Position numbers and translations under genes: made by a program. The notes beneath the pieces were generated by a model that did not search any database, was not told the origin of the DNA, and worked only from the letters and a program-made list of their open reading frames with translations. DNA of 64,000 nucleotides from Adineta vaga (Eukaryota; Animalia; Rotifera): assembly GCA_021613535.1 (NCBI GenBank), contig CP075496.1, forward strand, positions 14,818,001-14,882,000. Reading direction: 5' to 3'. This document shows, one piece after another, positions 26,805 through 40,310 of the stretch. Each line of letters starts with the position of its first letter. The stretch's first letter is position 1.

Positions 26805-28392
26805 ATAATAATTGCTTGAAGTTTTTTTCTCATGTTATTAACTGTGTTCGTTTATCATAAGTGGGGTTTCATCCGTTAGCGTCAACGGTTGTTACTTTAT
26901 GACGTTATCTTATATATATATATATACATATATGTATGTGTTTTTCTTTCTCCACATTGCTTTCCAATCACTCCGTGCACATTTTCTTTCTTCTCTGTGA
27001 AATGTAGTCTTCTCTTGATCATCATGTCTTCACGATGATCTTCTTTTGTTGTGTCCTTTTTCATTTTTCGACTTTTTCTCCTGTGTTATTTTTTTCATTC
27101 TAGTTAAGTGTTTCTGATTTTATTCTTGTTTATCCCGCCAATAAACGGGATCGACATCATTATTTATTTCTCACACTTTATTACCATTATTGTGAGAGGA
27201 TATGGATGCGTACGTGAGGCTATGCTCTTAATCGACACTCACACTCTGACCTTGTCGTTGATAACAGATAACGTTCCAATAACATGCAGGTATATCGATA
27301 CCACCTATACGTTTTGTTTTTTCTCGGATATTTGAACAAAGGGTGGATGAAGATTCTACACCCATCATTCTACAAAAAGAAAGAACTCGATAATTCTTTG
27401 TGAATATCGTTTTGCAAAAACTTCAACATAAAATGTTACATTTACCAACTAATATTCAGTTTAAATAATTTCTCTATCACTAGTCCTATAGATTTCACTT
27501 CTTTTTACTTTTTACTTGTTTCATCTTGAAGATTTTGTGATATTTTAATATGAGTATAATATCTATATTAATTATTATTCTTTTTCTTACTTCCTGAATG
27601 ACTGTTATTACTAATGAATGTCGAACGGAACACGAAATAGCATGTTGCATTTCTTTTTTCTTTTTATAAAATACTTTTGTTATTTCAACAGTTTACGTGA
27701 CTTTATGTTGTTGATTTGTTATCCGTTTTTGTTTCTTTTACATTTAATTAATTTTGTTGCATGTATTTTTGAAGTATTGTTAAATTTTAGATTGTGGTAG
27801 TAAGTGCGAAATAAACTTTTGTTGCTCTTTTCGTTTATGGTAAATTGAATTTAGGTACAATGAATAAGTACAACGAATTATAAGACTAGAATATTATTCG
27901 TTACTTGCTGCAGACTTTATTCTATTTGTGATCACAAAGAGAAATTGGAAGAGTAGCGTTACCGCTATCCTCGATACAAGAGAGAAAGAGAAAAGTACAA
28001 TATTGAATGAGATTGAACATCATAATTGAGATGCGCTTTTGATTAAAATTGTAATCTTTCTGATTCTAATCGAACATGAACCTCCTACGCAACTCCACTG
28101 TAATTTCGAGTGAATCACACTATTAAAATAATCCATTCCGCTGGCATGATTTTCTATCTGTTCGCTAAGACAACTAAAATTAACCTACAAATGAAGAAAC
28201 ATGATTCTTGAATACGAAAGCACATAGCCTTTTTGGCACAATACGATTTTTATATTTAATAAAGTGATGAAATCATGAAAATGTTAATCTTTTCTTTTTA
28301 AAACTCAGATTTACACTAAAAATAGAAATATTTAACACATAAAATAGTTATCTTTTTTAAACAGATTTCGTTAATATTAACATATTTGAAAC

Positions 28393-29473
28393 ATGGCTAG
28401 TGAAAATGATTTGATATCTTCACTCACTTATGCAACAATGCAAATTAACCGTCATGCAGCTACATTGTTGCTTTTATTTGGTACACTTGGTAATCTTCTT
28501 AATATTTGTGTTTTAAGTGAACATTCATTTCAAGAAAATTCATGTTCATTTTATCTTTCTTGGTCATCAATAACAAGTTTAATATTTATTTGGTCAGGAT
28601 TTCTAACACGAATTTTACAAGGGTAAGTTCTTCTAGTGAACTATTCATTTAATTTTTAATAGAAAAAGAAAACTTGTTTATTTTAGTTATAATATAAATT
28701 GGCCAAATCAAAATTCAATTGCATGTAAAACTCGTCAATTTTTTCTTAATGTTTCTTGGCCAATGGGTATTTGGTGTCTCGTTGGAGCAAATATTGATCG
28801 ATATTTATGTAGTCATCATTCTGTTACTTATCGTCAATTGAGTACAAATAAAATGGCAAAACGTTTTGTTTTCGGAATATTTATTTTCTTTTGTCTTTTA
28901 TTTATTGAAGTTATTTATTGTTTTGAAGGAAGTATTCCAAATGTTCCAGTTCTTTGCTATGGTCAAAATATTCCTTGTCGATTATTTAATGATTGGGCAG
29001 CTTTATTGTTTGATATTATTTTACCAAGTATTTGCTTAGCAATTTTCGGTACATTAACTATTCGAAATATTCAATCAACAGTTGTTCGTCCTATAATAAT
29101 CAATTCGGAAAATAGAAATAATAATCGATTAACAATGCGACATAATGATCGTAATCTTTCAAGAATGTTATTAATTCAAGTGAGTTTTATTCTTTCTAAA
29201 TAAAAGATTATTTTCCTTTTTCAGGTATTATTTGTTCTCATTTTGGATTTGCCATTTGGAATTTATCGTACATATGCAAGTTTAACATCAAATATTTCAA
29301 AAAGTTCCTACCGTGTAACTATTGAAAATTTTCTTTATTCTTTAATTGTACTTCTTATTTGTGTTACTCATTCAACTTCATTTTATTTATATACACTTAC
29401 TGGTTCATTATATCGTCGTGCACTTAAACATATTGGACATAGATTTTTTATTCGAATTCGATTAATGCATTAA
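28393..29473 (+). CDS. Class A GPCR, 3 exons
   Basis: Exons 28393-28622, 28687-29179 and 29225-29473. Motifs GTLGNLLN, NIDRYL, RMLLIQV and SFYLYTLTGSLYR. Confidence 0.88.
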
Positions 29474-29742
29474 TGATCAGAAGACTATTAATATTGTTGT
29501 TTTCATTTAAATATATCATCGTCTATCATAATTTACCGTGTGAAGTTTTCCTGATGTGTAATGATTCTCTCATTTCATTATAAATTTTTCCTCGTCAGTT
29601 TCTATTCTTTCTATGGTATCGTATAATAAAATACATCAAAATAATATCATATTTTTCAATTATTGAAGGATTCTGCTTCTTACTTCTAAATTTTCGAATA
29701 CCATTGCAAGTAATGACTATATGCTACCAAAAACCATTATAA

Positions 29743-29800
29743 TGGTATGGGTGTGAGTGTTACTATTGAGATCTCCATTCGCACCCTCACCCACACCCAA
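29743..29800. repeat. Telomere-repeat-like mini hairpin
   Basis: TGGTATGGGTGTGAGTGT...GCACCCTCACCCACACCCAA. Confidence 0.65.
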
Positions 29801-29949
29801 AAATTATCTTCTGAATCGCAACACGATTGTTTGAATGTCTTATTAGTTGAACATATTATTGAAAAAATTTGTGTAATTTATTCTCGTCAGAATGCGGTTG
29901 AACAACTTTGAAATTTATTAATGAGAATCCATATATGAGAAAGTTTTGT

Positions 29950-31724
29950 TATTATTTAACAATGTGTTTGTTATGCAACTTATCGATCAAATAAATCCCG
30001 CAAGTTCTTTCCAATTGAATTATCAAAAGTTAACAGAAGAAAAATTTTTCGTATTGTCGAATTACTTTGTATTGTAGGTCCAACAAAGAAGAATTTAAAT
30101 TAATTATGGGATAGTTCGTTAAAAGTGTGGGATATTCTCTTATATGGAATCGAATTTTCCAAAGTTTTTTATCACGCGATGCATAAGGCCGATATTATTG
30201 ACCTTGACGAAATGAGCGCGGTAAGAACGTTACTGTTTTTAAATTGTATTCGAATGCAATTGAGTATTGAAAACAGCGATCGATTTCTTGAGTTTTTTCG
30301 AATGATCTCAGAGAGAGTAGCAAAAGCAGAGATGAAAAATCACGAAGTATTGAATAAATTATTAAAAGTCATTTATTTTCAACGGATATCTTTTGAACAA
30401 GGAAATGGTCTTGTTCTCAAATTTGAATATTCAAATTGGTCAAACGAAATCGATGAACTGATCAAATCGAATTTTATCCTTGTTAATCAATCCGATGCTT
30501 CATCAGAGAAAATCATTTAACAAATAATTGCCGAACAAAAAGATAAAACAAATGTTATAGGAAAACGAATCCTCGAAAATATCGCTACTGAAGCGAGTCG
30601 ATTCAAAGGCAGAGCTTTGAGCAAACTCGCCTTTAATTAAATATGATAAATAACAAATTAATCAAGAAATTCAAGCGATAAACAATATTGATGCTTATCA
30701 AACTAATCTATCGCAATATATTTATTCATTTCTCGATGAGATTCTTCCGTTGATATTCTACGCTTGGTCACTCGCGAATGATGGGCAATTTCCAAAGGAT
30801 ACTCAAATTGTCGCACTTTTACTTTTTATTCATAGTATTGAAAAAGGACTTCTCGAACAGATTCGAACCGGTGAAGGAAAAACTCATGTCGTTGGTAGGT
30901 ATCAAATCTGTGTTTTTAACCTTATGCAGACATTCAATTGATGTTGTGTCGAGATTTAGCAATTGAAGGTGAACAAAAATGTCGCGCATCTTTTCAATTG
31001 TTAAAACTTGAAAGTGGACATATTTGTCATGGTGATGATGATGAAGTGGATCATCAATCATATCGGCCAGATTTAAACACTCGGCAAGGTAATATTGTCC
31101 ATGGAGAAGTTGGAGCATTTCAAAAAGATATTTTAGAAGATGAATTTAATAATAAGAATATTTACGGTCGACGGTATGAAAAGTGAGAGAAATGTTTTAT
31201 TATTGATGTAGTTGATAATGTGTTTAGATCGTGCGCGAATCATGCGAGAAGATGATCATTTTGTTTTAGATGCCACTAAAAAAGATGAACAGAAAAATGA
31301 GAAACAAAGACCATCATCGTTGTTGATAAAGACATGGATGTTGAACAATATTCAACCCGTTGGAGTAATGGTTTACCACAATTTTTAGAATTGAAATACC
31401 GTCGAAAGTTGTCAATATAAAGTTTGAAAGCCGTTTTTATTTCTAACAAAGCAGTTTTTCAAAGATATAATAATAATCGTCTTTGTGGATTAACCGGAAT
31501 ATTAGGTTCGGAAAATGCACAGAGCTTTCTATCGAATTTGTATTATGTTCAATTTGTTGAACTGCTAACGGCGAAAAAGAAATGTTTTTATCAATTGCCT
31601 AGTAAAGTGTCATTTGAATTGAATATAGCAATTGACTTAATCTCATTGCTGAAGAAAGTATCAAACAAGCGCATGATCGATCTGTTCTCATCATTTGTGA
31701 AAATGTCGAAGCAACGGACCATAT
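29950..31724 (+). pseudogene. SecA DEAD-like helicase-domain gene, frameshifted and 3'-truncated
   Basis: Motifs in changing frames: PKDTQIVALL, EQIRTGEGKT (Walker A), RDLAIEG, HGEVGAFQKDIL, RWSNGLPQFLELK, FISN...GLTG.LGS and RSVLIICENV. The match stops abruptly at the hairpin at 31725. Confidence 0.8.
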
Positions 31725-31797
31725 TTGAGGGTGGGTGTGGGTGAGGACTAGCTAATCACCTACAGCCACAGCCACACTCTCACCCACCCACACCCAC
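31725..31797. repeat. Telomere-repeat-like mini hairpin at the SecA-like truncation point
   Basis: TTGAGGGTGGGTGTGGGTGAGG...CTCACCCACCCACACCCAC. Confidence 0.85.
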
Positions 31798-32323
31798 GGA
31801 AATCAGCGTCTTAGATGATCAGTGTGATTTCTTAATGCGACACTTTTTGATTTGCATCTAAAAGTAAGAGGTTGACGTTAGTTCGAATCTCTTCTCTGCT
31901 AAATAGCAACATCAGTGTCCTTGGAACGATTCTAAAAGATTAAAGCATACAATTCTCTATCTTCTGATGTAAAAGTCTTTGTTTATAACATTGACCTAGA
32001 TGAACACAAGCTTAGATAAATCATTTCATAGTTGCTGGAATTTTGAGTGTGCATGTCATGATTTAGTGCGTGCTAATCTTTCACTTTTTATTCCTATGCG
32101 AGAACCGTATTTCGAAAAACAAAGCAGACAGTTTTGTAGAGCGTCAAATTCTCTATCGAACAGATCAAGAGAGAGATTTTAAAACGACTTTAAAATTCGT
32201 CAAAGCTGGTAAAAAGCTGGCCATTATATATGGCGCACCCGTTAGTTTTATTTATCTCTAATTATGACATTACTAATTAGCAGATATAATGAGAAAGAAA
32301 AAGATGTTTTTTTTTCTTAATGC

Positions 32324-35300
32324 TCACTGTTGTATGAGTGTCGCAGCTGCGATTGACTGAGCCAGTTCGCGTACGGACGAATGGCCAAAAAACATTTCGG
32401 CATCAATGTTAGGATAGATACGTTCACGAATAAGACACATCGCTTGGAGCGAGAGCAAACCCGGATTGATTGGTTGGCCATTGTTGAACGATGATGGAAG
32501 TTGTTCGATGAACGACATAAACGGAGCGAGTACGTCGAACTCGATGTCATTCGGCAACTCAAATATATGAGCAAAAATTGCACGTAGTTCACGTTCAACA
32601 GCACTAAGCTCTTCAGTGGCGGACGGACGAGGTACTTGCCAACCACCATCCGCAGGAAGACGTGCTCGATCGAGTCGACCGTTTTCATCTAACGGCCATT
32701 CAGATACAAGGAACCATACGGCGGGTACTTGGAATGTGCACATCATGTGTCGACAATAGGACACAACTTGGTTAAGATTAGTATCGGCGGGTGCCAACAA
32801 ATAGGCAGCAGTATTGCCAACACCCAGACAGCAATCGAGTGCTGTAGGACACGCGGCGATTATCGTCTCCATTATAAATTTGTCTTCAATAGTCTGCTTT
32901 TCACAACCCATGTAGACTAGCATCTCTTGCTCATTATACATTGCTCGATCGCCTGTCGCGTCGAACCGGTGCGACGAGTCGATCACATTCAAATCACCCA
33001 CTTGTCCGATCCATGTCGAATGACCATAATCATTGAGAATGGTGCATCCGCGTAACGGTCGTCCAACGGGCACAATCGTGGTCAAATCATTGTCGATAGT
33101 TTGGATTTCGTAGTAGGCGGTAAGACAACGTGAAGGTGGAGCATACAAATGAAAGAAGTGACATTGTCGTGCTGCTAGACGATATTGTATCTGTTGAATG
33201 GCACCCATTCGAAGCAATGGACTTCCTATACACTATATAGATAGCAAATGTCAAATGCAGTAGCGATACTCACCTGCCCCACTCAACCAGGCAAAGCAAT
33301 GTACGTTGCTATCGGCCAGATTGACTTGACACCATTTCAGAGTCATTGACGGAACAGTTAAAATGCATGTTATACCTTCATTATGCACATACTTAAATAG
33401 ATCCTCAATTTCACTGTCTAGATCGACGAGGATGACACGTGGTCGTCCTACATTTGGAAGCGCTATCGGTGAGTGAATCAAGATAACATCGTCATCAGTT
33501 AGAACCGACTGTTGTACTAAATATTCGATGATTGTTGTATCAGAAATAACCGGTGTTATTGATGAACACCCATCAACAATAGCTTGTTCATGTGGAAGAA
33601 TGAGATGTAAATTTGAAATCGAATTTTGTTCTTTGTTGAATATCGATTCCGTTGAGAAGAGTTGATTGATAAGACAGTCGAATCGTTCGACCATCGTTAC
33701 AATTGTGCATTGTCGAAATCGATCGACAGAACCTTCAAATATGGATACTATCGTATTATCAGTTGGATCGACGAAGAAACCAACACCAAGATCAATGGGG
33801 AACGGATCTCCGTTGTCTGCAGTCTCTTTCTTGACTAAGTGGCACAAATTCAAATCGATCGTTTGTTTAGCAAAATCATCCATATGTCGAATGACCATGA
33901 TAGTCTCAATAAAAGCCAATGGCTGTTGTGGCGGTAATCGATCACGGTGCAAGTAGACAATGTTAGCAAAATCATAATGAGAGTAAGGCAGAACATTGAG
34001 GAACGATTGGTGAACGTACTGCACTAGTTCAGTGAAGGATGTTGCTTTGGACAGTTGAAGACACAATGGTACAAGTTGGGCCACGAAACCAATAATAGAC
34101 TCGAATTCTGATCTGTGCCGATTGGCATGAATAGTACCGACGCAGACATTGTCCCATCTATCGGTCAATAGAGCGAGAAACAGAGAATAGCAGGCGAGCA
34201 TCAGCTGATGAAAGGTGAGTTGTTGCTCTTGTGCATAGACAGTCATACGACGTACCGTCTCGCTATCCACCATTTTACAATGCCTAAAGTTCATGCCTGT
34301 TCGTCGTGTGTGTACCGGTAGGCGAAAATCATAGGGCAAGCCAAGTGGCACATGACCAGGATAGTTGGCGAGAGTCTCTTTCCAAAACGCAACCGATGCC
34401 GATTCATCTTCGATTTCTGTGTGCACGACATAGTCAATATACTGAAATTTGTTTCTCATTGCTTCCATAACGCCAGTGCGTGATGATTGTTGTGCAATGG
34501 TCTCCAATTCAGTAACGAGGAAATTAAATGATACACCATCAAATACACCATGGTGGATATTAAGTATTATGACGTCACCGGGTCGTAAGACACTTTTGTC
34601 GCTGTCCGGTTGAAAGATTAAATGCAAACGAAAGATATGGCCATGCTCAAAATTCATGCTCGAATTGCTCACTTCTTCAAAAATTCGACGAGTCATATCA
34701 TCGGCATCGGTCGCTATGCTTAGCTGTTGAGTGTACATTTGGCGAACGTCCATCACTGGACGAATCGACTGACGCAAGGAGCGAGTGTAAGCGTCAAAAT
34801 GGAGTCTCGTGCGAAGTATGCCATGTCGTTCGACAAGCGCATCTACGATGGTGAGAAGATCATCGACGAGCAATTCGCCCGTGTCGACTTGATATACATC
34901 ATACATGTTGAAGACAACACGGGATTGTTTACGTGGTCGAGCATACATGACAGACTCGATGAGCAACGCGTCATGTTGGCCTGTTCCAGCTTTGGCTGAA
35001 ATGAAAACAAGATAAAATTGATCATTCTTTCTGATGGTCGGTACCCACCTTCGATGATGTTGAGTGGCTGCCATATGTGGTGAAAGTTCGTTATTGTTGT
35101 CTGGTATTGTGCATTGGCAATCAGCATCGCATGTTCTCGAATGGTACTTTTTGTGAAAAGAAGAGTGAGCGGAACCGTTTGCACGCTCAAGGCGAGACAT
35201 GACTGGTACCGATGATACAATGTCATGAGCGAGAGTGAAGTACCACCCAGGCGAAAGAAATTGGCTGTGATAGAAATCGATGACGGTTCGATTTTGAGAA

Positions 35301-38300
35301 TTTCGTGCCACAGTTGGACGATTTGTCTTTCGAGATCGTTGCTCGGTTTAATAATTACTTCATCGCAGGCCTGATTTTGTCTGAAATCCACTTTAGGCAA
35401 GACTTTGCGATTGATCTTGCCATTGGCATTGAGAGGAAACTTTTCGAGAAGAACAAAGGCCGCTGGGACCATGTGATCTGGTAGTTGAGCCTGACAATGT
35501 TCAAGTAGAATTTTTGACAGTGCATTTGATTTTGATTCGGATGTTTGAACGTATGCGACGATATGTACGTCGTCACATGCTACCACTACACAGCTAGAAG
35601 CGAGTGGCGAACCATCGAGAACACACTTTTCAATTTCACCCAATTCAATACGTTGACCTCGTAGTTTGATTTGAAAATCTCTCCGTCCAACGTAGTCAAA
35701 CTCACCCTGTGGATTGATTCGAACGAGATCACCAGTTCTGTAGTAAGTGTAACCATCGCTATGATGCAAGAGAACGATCTTCGTTAAATCATCTCGTCCC
35801 AAATAACCGGCAAAGACACCGACGCCGCCGACAAGTAATTCACCGGCTTGTCCAATAACTACTGGCTGTTGGAATTCGTCGACCACCAAGCAGCGATAGC
35901 CGGGTAGGGGTCGACCGATGGGAACGCTTTGTCTGTCGCTTGTGAGATCAACTCGATGGCAAATGCTGATCATTGTCGCTTCGGCCGGTCCATACAAATT
36001 CCAGATGGCACAGTTCGTCGAGACATGAAGCCTTAACTGTTGAAGAAGCTTGGCGGGCAAACTTTCTCCTAAAACAGAGCCAATAATCGATTCAGCTCGC
36101 AAGAAAATGGCTTTTGTATTTTAGTTCTACTTTAACACTTAGTCTTCTCATTAGCCTCCTTTCTACCTTTTGCTCACTGTCGTTTTTCAACTCTCCTGCA
36201 AACTTTCCTCTAGTAATTAGTTCTATTTTCCAGTAGTCATCTAGCGCATTGCGACTTTATATTTATGTGTATCTAATTTTCGATAAGCATCTATGACGAC
36301 TTCGGGTTCCTAACAGAGATCTTTAGTTCTGCATTCCAGTTCTTGTCATATGATTGTACTGTGAGATGATCACAAAACAAAGTTGCATGAAAGTCGCAAT
36401 AAGTTCGAGCAGTTTTTCTGCCCTGCCCGGTGCACACGAACGTCTAGATTAGTATTTTACTTTGTGCTCACTATCACGAGGCTGAACAAGAATTACTTTG
36501 CTACTCTGGATCGTTTCTAGCTTTCAATTATTCACTTACCACCGCTGCACAACGTATGCAGTTTGTCCAAACAAGGTATTCGATGTTCGACAAGGTAGTC
36601 GCACAATGTTCGAAAGTAAGTGGGTACACTTTGCATGTACGAGATTTGCTTTTCGTTTAATACTCTTGTCACGTAGTTGAGGTCGAGGTTGCCTTGCGGG
36701 CGAAGCATGACAACAGTCGCTCCGACAATCAACGTTCCGACAATATCTCGCATATGCATGTCGAACGAACATCGAGCCATTTGAATGACTGTATGTCTTC
36801 CATTGAGCGGTCCAACATTTGTCAACGCTTGAATGCAATTGATAAAACCACGATGGCGCAATTGTGCCTAAGAGATCAGATTGGAAAGGGCTGTAACAAC
36901 ATCTGCTTGTAAAACTAACGAGATGTCCGAGAATAACTTTTTATGCATATAAAAAGTTGAGTCATATGCCAGATGATTGAGAACTCGAAACTCTACTCAA
37001 CTACATTTCTCTCACGAGGGAACCATCTGAGGTGTCAAAAAGCTTTTCAGTCGGCCTTGTGATGGTTCGATAGGTCATGGCTAGGAGTGATATATTCTAA
37101 GTTAGTTCGTGCGCAAGTTGCAATCCAGCTGAGATATTGACTTTTTACTAGAATTCACCTATGGAACTCCATCTTCCTTACAGAATCAAAGTTTTGAATT
37201 TTGAGGTGAGACTTTGTCCATGTCAAGACCTCAGCCAGAGTAGTTCGTCCACGAAGTTTCAGAAGTTTCAGACTAGGCATTCCCGAGATACAATGTTTTC
37301 AGAATATCCGTGCATACAACAATACTTGTAAAAAACTGTGTTTATGCTAACAGACTCATCTCGGGAATGTCTAGTCCGAAACTTCTGAAACTTCGTGGAC
37401 GAACTACTCTGGCTGAGGTCTTGACATGGACAAAGTCTCACCTCAAAATTCAAAACTTTGATTCTGTAAGGAAGATGGAGTTCCATAGGTGAATTCTAGT
37501 AAAAAGTCAATATCTCAGCTGGATTGCAACTTGCGCACGAACTAACTTAGAATATATCACTCCTAGCCATGACCTATCGAACCATCACAAGGCCGACTGA
37601 AAAGCTTATTGACACCTCAGATGGTTCCCTCGTGAGATTTTTTGAAAGTTATCCTAAACATCTATTAACTAACCGCTTTTGGAACACCCGTAGAACCAGA
37701 GGTGAAAGAAATGTAAGCGATACTGTCACGGGTCACTTCGACTGAGGACAGTCGATGTACATCGCCGATTTCTATCAGATTGATGGTGTCAATGTTCAGT
37801 GTTGTAGTAATACCTTCGCATTTATCTTTCGTTCGAAAATGAACAAGGACAAGACCACTTCCGGTTTCCTTCACGAGTTTAAGTCGACGTGCGGGTGGAT
37901 CGTGAGCAGGCAGTGGACAATAGACAGCGCCAGCCATTTTGATAGCCATCAATCCAACAACCTTTTTTTTCAACAAATAGAAGTACATTTGATATTCAAC
38001 ACACTTACCATTTCAATGCTTCGTTCAACACATTGGCAGATGATCTCTCCTGGTTGAACATGTCTCGTGTCTATTAAGTGAAAAGCAAGCCGTTGAACTA
38101 AACAAAGCAGTTCACTATAGGTTGCCGACTGTTCGTCAAGTTCGATTGCCACCTTTTGCGGATGCATTTCAAACGAATGCAAAAATACATGATGAATGCA
38201 ATCAAATGATGAATCGTACGCTGTCTTATTCAATGCTGTCATGAGACGCAACTCATCTGGTAGAAGCAATGAGAAATTGTAGATCGATTGGGTCGGTGTT

Positions 38301-40025
38301 CGATTGATTGTTGATTGGTCCACGTTGAAGAGTTGTCGGAGTAGCACACAAAATCGATCGACCAATAATGACATGGTCAACGAGTTGAATAGGTCACGCA
38401 AACATTTGATCGTGCATGTAAACTCGTTCTTTTTCTTATCATATGCTAATTCAAGCGCAAAGTCAAAGACGGTGGCAGTAGACAATGAGCTCGTTGACAT
38501 TTGTTTCAATTGCGTTGTATCGTCGAGGTCGATGCTGATTGTATTGTTTTTCGTGATGAAAACGTTGAACAACATTCCCATGAAGGCGGCCGACGACTGT
38601 GGTACAGGATGACCAGCGACAATGTGTTGCAACGGAACGTGTGAGTGTTCGAGAATGGCTAGACATCGATGATGTACCTTATTCAGCAGTTGTTCGAACG
38701 ATGCGTACGGATCTACTTGTAATCGATATGGGAGTGTGGCGGCAAACACTCCGATTATGTTGCTTAATTCGGACCTGTATCGGTTTTCATGTGAGCAAGC
38801 AACACATAGATCACGTTCACTATTGCTCAGTTTGAATATGAAGGCATAGAAACAGGCGAGACCAAGTTGAAAAAATGTAACATTATGCGACGAAGCGTAT
38901 GCCACAAAAGAACGAGATAAATTTTCATCGAACACAGAGTGAACGCTTGTAACTGGAGGCGCGCGTTGTATTTTGCCCTCGATTCGATGATAAAAACGAT
39001 CGACTGGAAGAGACAACAACCGTTCAAAATCGTAGCCATCGAAAAATTGATGCCAAAATGTCTGAGATGATTGCATGTCTAGTTGTCGCTCATGAATGGC
39101 ATAGTCGATGTATTGTAGTGCGTTTTTATCTAGCGGAGAAAGATGATTCTGGTAACACAGACAAAGATCACCGAGAAAGAGATCAATTGATGCATTATCG
39201 AAAGCTAAACAATGGAAGTTAAAGATTATGGTATCGCCTGCACTCATCGTATCATCGTTGACGAAAGCACGTTGAATGATACGACAGTGAAGAACATGGC
39301 CTCGATCGAGATTGAACAGCGTCTCGTTGGTGACTGACTCGTTTAAAAGCGTATCAAACTCATAATCACTCGCAGCATGGCTTACTGTCATAGTGTAATG
39401 GTTTTCATATGAGAATGGTTCAATGCGCTGAGTAAGAGTGTCTGTCATAATATCGAGATGGAGTGATGTTCTAAGAACAGCATGTTTCCAAACGAGAGCA
39501 TCGAGTGCTCGACGAAGGCGTGCAATGGAGACTGAACCTTGCACTAATTGAAGCACAATCGGAACGTTGTCAACTGTTTCGTCATGCACAACCCCATAGT
39601 GATAGATTCGCTCTTGTGCCCAGGAAGCCTCGGCTAGAAAACACGACAAAACAAAATTAAACCCCCCTCATCGTCTCTCTATCCCTTTATTTACCTTGAC
39701 TCAAATTCAATGGCTTCCATAATTGTTGATCTTTGCCAATACGACAGTGCTCATTGAGAAGTTGTACATGGTCTTCGATCGTAGCATGCTGGAAAAAGCT
39801 CGCAATGCCCAGAATATGGCTGTTCAAATTAAATGTCTTTTGATATTGCTGATAGAGTTGTAACATGGGGAGTGAATGGCCACCCATCGAGTAGAAGGAA
39901 CAATCGACAGGTATTTCAGTGTACGATGGCAATTGAAGCGCTTGACACCAGAGATCATGTACGTATCGCCGATCGATCTCTTCCCCTGGAACAACGATCA
40001 AAGTTGGCAAAACGGTCATTGACAT
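32324..40025 (-). CDS. Non-ribosomal peptide synthetase, 7 exons, 2071 aa, domains T-C*-A-T-C-A*(degenerate)-T*
   Basis: Exons 40025-39695, 39633-38009, 37961-37674, 36867-36540, 36068-35049, 34995-33274 and 33225-32324 join in frame through GT-AG introns (6216 nt). PCP motifs GGHSL and GGTSL; C motifs ASWAQERI..FHCLAFDN, and IHHGVFDG; A motifs FTSGSTGVPKA, SFD, NLYGPAE, GELLVGG, YRTGDL, GRRDFQIKLRGQRIELGEIE and NGKINR. Confidence 0.93.
37010..37637. mobile_element. Foldback MITE in NRPS intron 3 (280-bp arms, 68-bp loop)
   Basis: 37010-37289 is the reverse complement of 37358-37637 with about 3 mismatches. Confidence 0.9.
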
Positions 40026-40310
40026 AGTGATACGATCTATTTTTTCCTTTGACAACGATTGGTAATGAATCTACTACGATGTAGTGAGGCGAGAATCTAC
40101 AAATAGAACAAACTATGGAATGTATGCAGTAGGGATTCGTGTAAGCCGGTGAAAATTCAAAATCTGTCGCTCTGCAATACGATGGATAACGTAGAAAGTA
40201 TTTGTTAACAAACAGTGTGTCACATGACGCAGAAAACTTGGTTAGAGTGTCTGCTTATGACCGTTCATATAAAACGGTTGCATAAGAATGATGGGAACAA
40301 AAGAAAGAAT

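Noticed and set aside
33251-36102. Two long overlapping ORFs (33251-35311 and 34843-36102) suggesting a programmed frameshift
   Set aside because: A 53-nt GT-AG intron (35048-34996) joins the two frames.
32317-40027. Numerous antisense and alternative-frame ORFs over the NRPS
   Set aside because: Expected shadow ORFs in more GC-rich coding DNA; no motifs.
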